This document shows, in pieces, positions 26,298-37,546 of a stretch of 64,000 nucleotides of DNA. The notes below the pieces were generated by a model. It searched no databases and had not been told where the DNA came from. It saw nothing but the letters and a program-made list of their open reading frames with translations. The number at the start of each line of letters is the position of its first letter. Within the stretch, counting starts at the first letter, position 1. The stretch is from Lama glama. Lineage: Eukaryota. Made by a program: the position numbers and the translations under genes. The stretch covers positions 95,730,001 through 95,794,000 of the forward strand of contig CM052816.1 in assembly GCA_028534125.1 (NCBI GenBank). The letters are read 5' to 3'.

Positions 26298-26869
26298 GGG
26301 TGTAGCAGGAAATAGATTTGGAAAAGTTGGTTACGCCCAGATTTCAGAGGGCCTCTCAGGTCCAATAAGGAATGTAGAAAACATTTGAAGTTAATTGATG
26401 ACACTGATGACATTTGATGAGATAAGACCTCAACTCTGGGAACATTCACCTGGCAAGAGACATTTCCTTCTCAGCCTCCATTTTGTCTGGGCTCTGTCCT
26501 CAAGAACTGGCTGGCTTAGAAAAGACTTGGACTAGATTCTTTTTTTTTGTAGAAAAATGAGCCCACTGCAAAGACCTTGAGGAAATGCAGAGTACAGAAT
26601 TCATAGCCAGTGGAGAAATTTCCCATGGTGCCAGTCAGTTCGGTGCTGATCTGTGAAGTGTTTGCCACTGGTCAATAGCGAGGTTAGTACAGAAACTGGG
26701 AATGAGCATTTACAGACATTAACTTCACAGAGTAGTTTTGTTTGCTGAATCTAAAAAATTTGGACTCATTTTATATTATTAACAATTTATTTTTATTGTA
26801 CTTTAAAAAGGCACTGATTTCTGGTTTCTTAGAAATTAAGAATAATAAATTAGACCTCTATTAATGAGC

Positions 26870-27130
26870 ACTGACCAGGTAGGAGTATAGAGAGCCGACT
26901 CTGGGGTGGTTCTGCTCCTGTTCAGATCCTCACCCTGTCACTTGCCATCTGCTTGACCTCAGGCAAGTTATTTAACTTCTCTGACTCGTATTTCTTGGGA
27001 TAATAGTACCCACTTCTTAGGAAAGAAGTAATGTGAGAGTAAATTGAGATACTATATCTAAAGTTGTCTGCCCAGCGTTCAGTATTTAGTGTTTAGTTTG
27101 CACCCTGTAATATGTATTTATTTATTATTA
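26870..27130 (+). mobile_element. MIR SINE
   Basis: gacctcaggcaagttatttaacttctctg..taatagtaccc. Confidence 0.75.
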
Positions 27131-27299
27131 TTGTCTCAGGAGTGCACATGAATAGTGGGAAGAAATTTAGCAGAACCTGGATATTTTTAGAGGTGAGGTT
27201 TTACTCCTAGAAATGTTCAGATCTTTCCCTGACAATTATCCCTTCTCCCTATTAGGCTCCTGTGAAGGAACATATGAAACAATAGATAATTAGGCCTGA

Positions 27300-27621
27300 C
27301 TTTTATGTGGAATCTAAAAAATAAAACAAATGAACATACATAACACAACAGAAACAGATTCATGGACATAGAGAACAAACTAGTGGCTACCAGTGGGGAG
27401 AGAGAGAGGGGAAGGATCAAGACAGAAGAATGGAATTAAGAGGCACAAAGTACTATGTATAAAATAAAGAAGCTACAAGGATATATTTTATAGCACAAAG
27501 AATATAGTCATTTTTTTATAGTAACTTTCACTGGAGTATGATCTATAAAAAAATAGAATCAGTAGGTTATACCCCTGAAAATACAGTAATATTGTAAATC
27601 AACTTATACCTCAATAAAAAA
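27300..27621 (+). mobile_element. L1 3' end
   Basis: tatgtggaatctaaaaa..tgtaaatcaactt..caataaaaa. Confidence 0.9.
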
Positions 27622-27682
27622 TTTCTGTGCGTGATTGGGCTGGAATTTGACTTTACTTGTAAGATAATACGTTAATCGGTTA

Positions 27683-28084
27683 CTGTTTCACGGATGCTGG
27701 TAAAAGACATGAGGCTCCTGGGGCAGAGAAAGGACTTTATTGCTCTTGGCTCAGCAAGCAGCATGGGCGTCCACTTATTTGCTTCGCTCCTTTCCTCTCA
27801 GGTACCACCGGGGCAGTTCTCAGAGGAACGCTGCATACACAGTGGGTTTGCATCATAGCTGAAGAACACTGAACTTAGGGACCATCCTGCTTTATAGCTG
27901 GTAGCAAGAAGGCCTGCTCTTTGTCCTAGAGAAAGACATTACATTACTTCTCAAAACTGCTGGCTGAAGACACAGTCTTGAGAAATGGCCCTGGTGAAGG
28001 GGGGCTGGGGCTTGCCATTCCTGTTACCCCCAGCAAGAACGGAAAGTGATGCTTAGGGCCCATGAGAGACTGCCTCTCCCAACA
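27683..28084 (-). mobile_element. LTR40-like ERVL solo LTR
   Basis: Reverse complement starts TGTTGGGAGAGGCAGTCTCTCATGGG. Confidence 0.6.
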
Positions 28085-28099
28085 TGCTAAGTTCCAGAA

Positions 28100-29130
28100 A
28101 ATAGATGGCAGGGTGGAGAGTGTTATCAAGTACTGAAATCTATAAAATAGAATCACTTGAAACTCTAGAACTAAAACAGTCAATAAATAAAGTTATAAAC
28201 TCATTAGATGAATGCAATAGCAAATTTAACCAATCAGAAGAGAGAATTAGTGAACTTTAAGAGAGTAGAAAATATCCAGGCTGAAGTACAGAAAAGCAAA
28301 AAGTTGAATGCACATCAATAAACATATGAATTACTGTGAAAAGCACTAATATTTACTATATAGTTTTGATTTATTATATATATTTTAATTGTTGTCTTTG
28401 AAGAAGAAAGAATGAAAGGGGCATGAGCAATATTCCAAAATGACGAATGAAGCACATTCAGTCTCATATTCAAGCAGTTCTGTGATTCTCAATTTGATAA
28501 GTTCAAAGTAAAATTATGAAAGCATCCAGAGAGAAAATGACATATTACTCTCAAAGGGGTAAAAATAAGACAGACAACTGACTTCTTGATGAATATGACA
28601 GAATTCAGATGATTATAGAAGGACATCTTTAAAGTAAGTGCTGAAAGAAAATAAAGATCAATCTGTATTTCTACATCTTGTGAAAATTTCTTTTAAAAGT
28701 CCATCTGAAATAAAGGCATTTTCATATAAATAAAATCTGAGAGATTTTGTCACTAAAAAAATTCTCAAGGGATTTCTTCATGCAAAAGAAAAAGAATCCC
28801 ACTGGAAAAAGACAAAAATGCAGTAAGAAATGCAGAGCAACAGAAAGCGATAAATATAAATGGATATTGACTGTACAAAATAATAACAAAGTTTTGGGAC
28901 CTAAAATGTATGTAGAATATAGAAAATTAAAATGCATGACAGTGATTTTTCAAAAGACTTGAGTAGGTAAATGGAGTTAACATTTTATAATGTTATTTGG
29001 AGAGTGAAAAAAAAATCTTAATTCATGCTGGACTTTTACAAAGTCAAGGGTGCATGCTGTAATCTTTAAAGCCACCACTAACAGACAGTTATGATAACGC
29101 ATAACTGAAAATAGAGGGGGAAGTTAGGAA
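28100..29130 (+). mobile_element. Old L1/HAL1 ORF1 fragment
   Basis: cagaagagagaattagtgaact..gacatctttaaagt..ctgaaagaaa. Confidence 0.75.
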
Positions 29131-29350
29131 AATACAAAACCAGGAGGAATACTGGTGTTGTTCATTCAGATGGTGAACTTTGGAAGACATTTAAGAGGGG
29201 ATGTAAACTTGATGGTTGGGTGAATTAATGTGACTCTAAGAAAAGATATCTGGGCCAGAGATAAACTTTTTTGAGGCATCTGCTTTCCAGGTAAAATTGG
29301 AGGAGTGAGGAATATCCTATTTGCACAGGTCAGTCCTTAGTTTATCTCAC

Positions 29351-29616
29351 CTTCCCTGTTGCTTACGGTCAAGTGAGGAATCGAATGGGTAGCAAGTCCC
29401 CAGGAAGGAGCCTGGTGCAGCTGAAATACCAGGGCAGTCAGGGCCACTAGAGTCCAGAGCTTCTGCTGCGCAGTCATCTTGTTTGCTGGTAATTACGATC
29501 CGCTCAAAGTCTTGGTCCTAACTGGTTGGATTCAGAACTTTCCTGGGAGGACAGAAGTCTTGAGATGTGGAGCAGAACTGGGTTTGGTGTGATGAGGAGG
29601 TGAAAGTTCCTTTTCC
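29351..29616 (-). pseudogene. Fossil exon (266 bp)
   Basis: Donor AAG|GTGAGA. Phase 0-2 with one stop in 88 codons (GKGTFTSSSHQTQFC..DQDFERIVITSKQDDCAAEALDSSGP..). Confidence 0.75.
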
Positions 29617-29798
29617 CTTAGAAATGTCATAACAAATGATATATTCCACTAAATATTCTATATTAAGATAGCCAAGATATACATACTTAATCGTCAAATA
29701 TTGGAAATATTGGAAAGCAAAAATAATGACTATATGTTTAAATATGTAATTACCTATGATGGACTACATTTATTTTTTACATAGGTGTTTATCTTTAC

Positions 29799-30078
29799 AA
29801 TCTCTGACAACACTGTGCATCAGAAAGTATCCATCTCTTGTAGATTTTTGTGAAACACTCAATCTACAAGAGATTTGTGAAGAATTTTGCACATTCGTTC
29901 TTTATTGACAGCAGTAATCGAGCTTTGAATCATTTTGCTCCTCTTGGGCTCCTCAAGCCCAATTTCTCGGGTGTCAGTGTGAGAAGCAACTTCCCCGGGC
30001 TGGCATTGTCAAGGGGTGTCGTGGTAGTAGTTTCAGGAGGTCCATCATTTCACTGAAAGCTTCTCGTCTTTATTTTGT
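29799..30078 (-). pseudogene. Fossil exon (280 bp)
   Basis: Acceptor ctctttctttttccccctttaAG| and donor att|GTAAAG. Phase 2-0 frame ..EIGLEEPKRSKMIQSSITAVNKERMCKILHKSLVD*VFHKNLQEMDTF*CTVLSEI; all 5 stops are TGA. Confidence 0.65.
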
Positions 30079-30234
30079 CTTAAAGGGGGAAAAAGAAAGA
30101 GTAATGGACTAGATTTTCAATGACGTATGAGATCGGCTTGTCTTTTGAAAAGACTAAGGTTTATCTTTAGTGTATTTCATTGTTTTCTAAAACAGGCGGT
30201 TGTTTTATTGCTGATATTGGGTGTGAATTCTTAC

Positions 30235-31263
30235 CTCTTGCTTTTCACACGGCAGCTTCAGTGTCAGAAACCTGGGAGTTCAACCTAAATTATTTTTCCT
30301 TCGTGCATGTGTGCACTGAGCTCCCACTGTCCTCTGCTGCGGTACTAAGACCCGGCTGTGTGGCACGTGTCCCCTTGGGTTCCCATAGGCGAGCGCAGAG
30401 CCCTCGTGCCCCTGGTGCCTGCTCGGCTCAGGTTCTGTCACAGCAGTGCTGACGGAGGCCTGTCTGATGCTGCCTAGGTAATGGTCCGGAGTGAAGAATG
30501 TGAGCTTTGAAACATTATGTTTTTTTCACAGACTTCTGCAATAAGCACTCTCTAGCCGGCACATACAACTCTGGCTCATCCAGGTCAGAAACCCGAGCCT
30601 CCCACCCTCCCTCCCCTCGTGGTGTCTGAGACGGCTGCTTTAGCCCAATACTGATGTTTAAACACATAGCAGAGAAAACGCTGAAGGTCAGTTTTCTGAA
30701 CGTGAAGCATTTCCAGCTCTGAAGATGACCTTAAGGGAACGAGCCTCCTTCATGATGAGACCATTGCACCTTACTCCTCCCTTCCTAAAATATTCCTGTC
30801 AAAGTATCCTTTTCCCTGGGCTGCTATGATGTGATGCCGAGGGGAGCTGCTTTGTCAGAACAAAAGTGTTGTTCAGCATTTAAGCCTCCCAGAACTTCTG
30901 GTTGATTCCATCTTGGGAACTGTGGGCATGAAAATCAGAGACTAATGTCTGTGATGACCCCAAGTTGCTGAAGAGCAGAAGTCTCTGCACCTCGGGGTGT
31001 CACTTCACATTATTTATGCACAACTGGTGCACCCACAAGTCCTGCTTGCGGCTCCTTCTTCACATCCTTGAGGTGAAAAAAAGTGACCAGGACGTGTTTC
31101 GGCTGTCACGATGGGTGGCTCTTTCCTCAGGCTGCATTTTAAGAAGAATAGTCTATTCCTCTCTCCAATCTCCTGTGCTCCCACACGCTCTTGGGGACTC
31201 TTGTTCCTACACTGAGTTCTCAGACGTGGGTTCTGGGGAAGAACTAGGAGCCCACTGATGTCC
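30235..31263 (-). pseudogene. Fossil exon (1029 bp)
   Basis: Acceptor ctgctccatccttgcccttccAG| and donor GAG|GTAAGA. Phase-2 start open for ~83 codons (ORF 31014-31334). Confidence 0.7.
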
Positions 31264-32209
31264 CTGGAAGGGCAAGGATGGAGCAGGGATGCAGAGTGTG
31301 AGTGGAGCAGAGCAGAGCATGCAAAACTGATCACTTTTATGGATTCCCGGACCCCAGCCCCAAACTAGAGAGCTGGAACTTCAGGGACTGTGCCCAAGGG
31401 TCTGTGCTGTTTAAAAGGTCCCCAGATGGATTCTGATCCTCATCCTGGTTTGGAAACTACTTCCCTGGGCAGATGACCCTGCACGCTGTCCGCGGACTTG
31501 ATGGAGAGGCTTAGGATAGCTAATGTGGTCTGTGGTGTGAGCAGATCAGGGAAGCCTGAGGATACTGGGAAAAGAGGAGACCATCAGAGACAAACTGTCT
31601 TACTCAACAGCAAGCAGATGGTTCTTTCAACACCGATTTATTGTGCACCCACTATGTGTCTGATGCTTCTGCTAATGCTGGGGACACCGCAGGGAGCATG
31701 GTAGACAAGAGCCCTGCCCTCAAGGACCTTACAATCAGCCAACCAACAACCCAACTAGTAAATGGTTAGAGCCATTCCCATCTACATAAACTAACAACTC
31801 CAGAATCATTCATCAATACACCAGACTGATAAACGAGGGGCAACCCTGTGTTATAGTCTATGCTCCATCGCCTAAAACCACTGGACTCTGATCTCATGGA
31901 CATGCCCCAGGTTTCTGCTCATAAAAATGTGCAAAATCTTGCAATTCTTTTTGAGTACAGGTCGTGTCATCCTGATCAGACTTTGTTTCAGCCCTCAGAG
32001 CATGCTGAGGTTGGACCCTGTTTATGGGTCCAAGGGCACAAGGAGTGGCTGGTCTATTTATTTTATGGAAAGGTTATCATTAACTATCAAGAAAAGGCAA
32101 CTTTCTGATTCTGCTGCTCACTGTTACCTCTGCATGTTCAACTGGCAGCCTACGGGCAGCAAAGAAGAGCTTTTGCAGTTGGACCTCCTAGTATCCCATG
32201 AAAATAGAC

Positions 32210-32422
32210 AGCAGAGGTTCTCACTGGGAGTAATTTTGCCCCCCAGGGGACATAAGGCCATATCTGGAGAGAGTTTTTGGTCATTACAGCTGAGGAGGGG
32301 GCGCAACTAGCTTCTCGTGGGTGGAGGCCAGGGATGCTGCGTACACTGTGCAATATACAGGACCACCTTCACAGTACAGAACTATTCCGGCCCAAATGTC
32401 AATGGTGTGAGGTTGGGAAAAC
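32210..32422 (+). mobile_element. MER20 DNA transposon
   Basis: cagaggttctca..attttgccccccaggggaca..ggcccaaatgtcaat..ggttgggaaa. Confidence 0.85.
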
Positions 32423-32773
32423 CAGACAGAAAGGGATTTAATGATGATAGAGTTTACTAAATGCTGAAGCTCTGAATAACACACAAAAAATCTGATTTTA
32501 TCTGGGCTCTGACGATGAGTTTATTATGGGTTCAGTTTCAGCTAACATTCACTGGGTTTCTCCTGGACGCCTCTTCCTGCACAGTTATCCCAGGCACCCT
32601 GGGATCCAGGCATCACAAGCCTCTTTTTCTAAAGAGGAAACTGACTTGGAGAGGTTCTTTTCCAGTGTCAGAGCATCCGTGAGCGGCAGAGCAGGGATTG
32701 GAGCTCGGGCTCCCCCATTCTGAAGCCTGACTCAGCAGGAAACGGCTGTGCTGGTGGCATCGCGGGTCCTTAC

Positions 32774-33654
32774 TCGGCAGTGTTCCCCTTTCACAAGGGC
32801 TCGTTGGTTGCTTGAGGTCTGGCCATGTGATGTCATTCACCGTGTCAACAGCCTGCCGACAAGCGGTGCTGAATTCTTTTCTTTCAAAATTGGCTCTGTT
32901 AGAGCCTGAATGGGTGACAGCAAGCAATTATTCCTTCCCTTCTCTTGCCTGTGTTCTCTGGTCTTATTCAGAGGCACAAAAGAACAGCATTTCTATAGGC
33001 GCAAGTGCCAGTGGACTGCTGCTGTGAATGGATCTAAGCCATTGACTCGGAGTGAATGCTGAACAGGCGATGTCCGGGCCTTTCTCACAAGAGGCCCTGC
33101 CTGTTTGTTTCATTTCATGAGCGTGGTGACTGAGGGGCTCCTCCTGGCCACCGTGGAAGGATGCTCTGGGAGGCCCCTGGCTAGGAGCCCAGACTCTTGG
33201 GCTCCTGAACGTCGCAAATTACTGCATGCACGTGTCTCCCTTCACCGGCCCAAATACGGCCCTGTGCTGGCTCCTTGAAACTTGCAACCGCCTTGGAAAA
33301 GGAAATGTTTCATTTCCTGTGGCAGTTATGAGCCTTGGAAACCTGGGGCAGATGTTTCTTCCAGCCGCGACGGTGCCCCCGGAGCAGGCAGGCAATCAAA
33401 TTCTAACCTATTGCCGGGCATCTCAGGCATCACGAAGGAGACTTAGTCTCCAACGATTAAGCATGAAGTGCTTTCTAACATTTAAACATTAGGTCCGTTT
33501 TATGACTGGGGAAGCAGCAGTAAAGCTTGGGGGAGCGAGGTTTACTGCGTCTTAACTTGTGCAGCAAATTGAATTTCTATCGACGAGAAGTGCTTCTCCC
33601 CCAGAAGAGCCCTCCGAGGGTCTGGCTGGATCAAGATGGGCAGAGGTTTGTGGG
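32774..33654 (-). pseudogene. Fossil exon (881 bp)
   Basis: tatttttttaAG| acceptor and cga|GTAAGG donor; repeat-free. Length keeps the frame into the next exon; internal frame is ambiguous. Confidence 0.55.
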
Positions 33655-34828
33655 CTTAAAAAAATACAGTAATAACATTTACAGAGATGAAGCTGTCAAC
33701 ACTGCCCTCAGTCCTACAGATTAATTTTGACATCATCTTTATGATGTGGGGTGGGGGAGAGGTACCGCCTCTGTCCCTGGGGTACGTCTAGAGATGGAAC
33801 TAGACAAACCCAAGTATTTGCTGTGATTCCTTTACTGTTGTTTGATCTTTAAAGTTTTTTTTTTTTTGTGCTGTGAACATTTTACCCATAGGTGTGAATT
33901 AGCATAAAGGATTGGCATATTCTTACACATAAAGAATTCTGTACTCTGGGTGTATTTTTATATCTGTTTCTACGTGTGTGCAGATTTCTTTTCTGGAATT
34001 GCGCATGTCCACCAGAAGATTAGGATTACAACAATAGCTAACGTTCACTGAATTTCTCCGTGGGCTGGGCACTTGGCTCGTACTAACTCAGGGCCCTTAG
34101 TCCTCCGAGATGGGTGTCCTGTGCCTCTGCTTCCCGAGGCAGGAATGGACTTGGGATGTTGAGGAGATGCTGGGAGATAGCACAGCTGGGACTTGAACGC
34201 AGTGATCTGGCTCCTGAATCTACACTTTGAGCTCCTTAAACTGGGCTGTGCTCTGCTCAGTTCCCTTTCTGGACATGAGAGGGGATCTGTGTGCTCCAGG
34301 GCACGGAACCTAGAAAATGGATGTGGAGATTCGGGGAGGGGCTGGGAAGTCAGGTAACCTCCACACTCAAGAAAGGAACCACCACCAGCCGATGCTGGCA
34401 CCCCACCCCCCACCCCCCGGAGGCAGGAATCACTCCCTTAAAATGTTCTACTCGCCTGTTTTACTTGCTGGGGAGCCAGGAAAGTCAACCAACACTGATG
34501 CCTAAAGGTCTTCTTTAAATTAAGGAATTTAGAGCTATAACAGAAGGACTGGCTTGAAGGAGCTCAGTTCTCACTCTCAAGGGGCACATATGGATCTTAT
34601 ATATTAATTCATTTGCTTAAACCAGTTCCAACTGTGTATTAAACTGTTCTTGACCTACCAAAACAGCAATTTCATGTATGTGCTTATATTTATAACTACA
34701 AAGAAAACAGCCCTTAATCAGATTTGGTGATTTGGTGGGATGGTTTTTCCTTTATGCCATCCAGAACCTTTTATTCTTTTCCTCTTCCCCTCTTTTGGGT
34801 CCCAGTAAGGCATTCCTTTTTACCTGAT

Positions 34829-34946
34829 TTTTGGGGGAGGGTAATTAGGTTTATTCATCTATGTTTAATGACAGTGCTGGGGATTAAACCGAGGACCTCG
34901 TGCATGCTAGGCACACACTCTACCACTGAGCTATACCCTCCCCCCA
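34829..34946 (-). mobile_element. Vic-1-type tRNA-derived SINE (Camelidae)
   Basis: Reverse complement GGGGGAGGGTATAGCTCAGTGGTAGAG..GGTTTAATCCCCAG (A and B boxes). TSD TTTTACCTGAT at 34818-34828 and 34947-34957. Confidence 0.9.
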
Positions 34947-35157
34947 TTTTACCTGATGTTAATTGTTACTCAGCTGTCTTCTAGTTTGCACTTATCCATG
35001 GACATTAGGTTATCCTTTTATTTTTAGCCCTTCTTTGTCCTTTTACCTTAAGGTAGTCTATTCACAACATATCAAGAAGTCTTCTCTAATAGAAGATACG
35101 CTTAGCAAGAACGTTGAAAAAGTGAAAGGAAGTTACATAACATAGGGAAATACTTAC

Positions 35158-35695
35158 AGAGCTCTTCAACTCAGTTATCAGTATTTTGGCTTGTTATGTC
35201 TTTCATTTGTTTTAATTAATCTTATTTCAAAGTTTGCCATCTTGCATGGAGTCACGTGCTTCGCTGACACATCATGATCTTTTTTGCTCACTTTGTTTAC
35301 GTGTAGGTGATGTGTCCCAGAGGGAACCCCTTTGAATCTCAATGGTTAACCTCCTCTGCCTCAAGTGCTTGGGAAGTGAGAGTTCGTACAGATTAGGGCG
35401 AGAGAAGAACCACTCTTTCAGCATGGAGCAGCTGTGGGGAGAACCTTGGTGAGGAGCAGATGTTGGCAGAATGACCAGCCTTCTCTTTTCTCAAGAGTTT
35501 TGCCTTTTGCTTCAATTCAGGATTCCTCTTTTTAGGAAAGTTTCCAAACATTAATATGTACCTATTTTCAATCATGAGTCTTAGATCGTATTTCAGGACA
35601 AGCACAGCTGTCTCTTAGATGAGTTGCCTCTTGGATTCTGCTAAAATTCATCTCTGCTCCTTTCCAGTTCTTGCACAGGGACAGCAGGAGACTGT
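35158..35695 (-). pseudogene. Fossil exon (538 bp)
   Basis: Acceptor ttttccttccttcacatccAG| and donor tct|GTAAGT. Starts QSPAVPVQELERSRDEF* in phase with the upstream exon. Confidence 0.7.
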
Positions 35696-37472
35696 CTGGA
35701 TGTGAAGGAAGGAAAACGTTGCTCATTTACTTTGTTGAGAACTGGTGCAATGCAGATAGGTCAATGTATGCATAGGTTCACTTACGTTTAATCAGTAACA
35801 GAACTAGGAGAATGAGACCCAGAATAGGTTGTTCATCAAAAGAGGGTGAAAAGCCAACTTGGAGATGAACTGGACTTGCTAACAGGTCCAGTTATTTTAT
35901 GTAAATAAAAGAGTAAATGGAAAAGCTGGCCATTGTGCTGATTGGTTCTGTGAAACCCTAAAAGGCACATCATTTCTCTCAACTTCTTTTTTTTTTTGAT
36001 TAAAAAAAGTCAAAGTCAAACTGAAATAACTCTAAGACTCTCCTAACAACTTAGTGATCCTATGAGCTCTCTAATATGTCTGCATTTTCTTTGGAAAGTT
36101 CTTAGAGAAGAATCTTGAGACCTTTTCAGAAAACAGTAACAAATATAATTGAAGAGTCAGTAAGTAAGACCTGTGAAGAAGATGTTTAAAAAGCAAAAAT
36201 TATTTTGTCTTGGCAGAGAAAAGGCAAGCAGTTGATAATAATTTTAAGATAACAGAGTAATCTAAAAAAGATGAATCTGGTAAGAAGCCTGGCTTTTCTT
36301 TAAAGCTAGGATGTTGCTATCATTTGAAAAAAAATTGCAATACGCTCATTGGAGAGAACTAGAACTCCGCCCAAGAATTCACACACACAAAAGCAAAAAC
36401 ATAATTGCATCCCTCACACTCACCTTCCATTTTTCACTGGATTTTCTTTCAGTACTTTCCTCTGGTTAAAAAATGTCTAAATAGTGTTGCATGTTATATA
36501 ATTCAGTGTCTTGTTATTTTAAATTTATATTAAAATGAGCATTTCTAAATGTTGTTTTTGGTAAACATTTGTATGGCTCCATATTATTCTTTTGTGAGAT
36601 TATGCCATCGTTTATATAGTCATATGCTTTTTTTTGCTTCTAGTCATAAGCCTGTGGAAAACGTCTTGCATAACACTTCACTCTAGGCTCCCACCCTTTC
36701 ACCGTGATGGGGTGTTACTCCCGAGCTTCTGGGATCAATGGAAGTGAACACGTTTGAGGTTGTGGGTAATGCTGTACAATTGCCTTCTAGACGACTTCCA
36801 TCAAGTTGCATCTCCCAAAGCAATGTCTTTTTGGTCTCACCAGTGTACTCTCCAGCAGTTATATTATAAAGTAATTTTATATCATACTTTAATTATATAA
36901 TTATGTTATAATTGGAGGCTAATTTGATAGAGAAAATGATCGCTTGCTTCAGTTCTCTGTCTCTGTCTCTGTCTCTCTCTCTCATACACACACAAATATT
37001 TTCCTTATGTTTGTCAACAAGGTTTGTTTCTTCTTTTTGTAAATGTGTCTTCATGACCTTTGTCTATTTATTTGTTGAAGTCTTAGTGGTTTTGACCAAT
37101 CACCAGATGAACTTATATTTCTCCCAGGGACACACAAGCATGAGGTGATTTTTTAAAAATCCACATGCATTGGAATTTGTTAGAAAGACTAAAATCTCTG
37201 AGTGAATGCAGCCTCAGGGAGAATGGCACAGCTTGAGTGAGTCACTGCTTCTCCACATCTGTATTCAACTCTGCTAAGCAGGCATCACATGAGATCATCT
37301 CAGCGACCGCTGAAATAAGAGGCCTCAGAGTTAGTGCTCTATGGGTTGGAAATATGAGAGCAATGACTCTTACTTTGGTATCAGATAGACACCTCAAGAT
37401 CCCTTCCAACAAGTGTCCAGCAAAGGGATCTTCCAAAAAAGACTTGATATTCTGATGCCAGACACTTGCTTA

Positions 37473-37518
<46 letters not shown>

Positions 37519-37546
37519 CCTACCTACCTACTTACCTACCTACCTA
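37473..37546. repeat. Compound (TATC)n(TACC)n microsatellite
   Basis: Direct reading. Confidence 0.95.

Noticed and set aside
32846..32871. The same peptide STACRQAV readable on both strands
   Set aside because: Consequence of a short imperfect palindrome; likely coincidence.
34860..34946. tRNA gene
   Set aside because: It is a SINE head with a tail and TSD and has no intact cloverleaf.
37242..37451. Additional fossil exon (ORF 37242-37436)
   Set aside because: No good acceptor (microsatellite upstream), and the flanking exons already splice in frame without it; not fully excluded.
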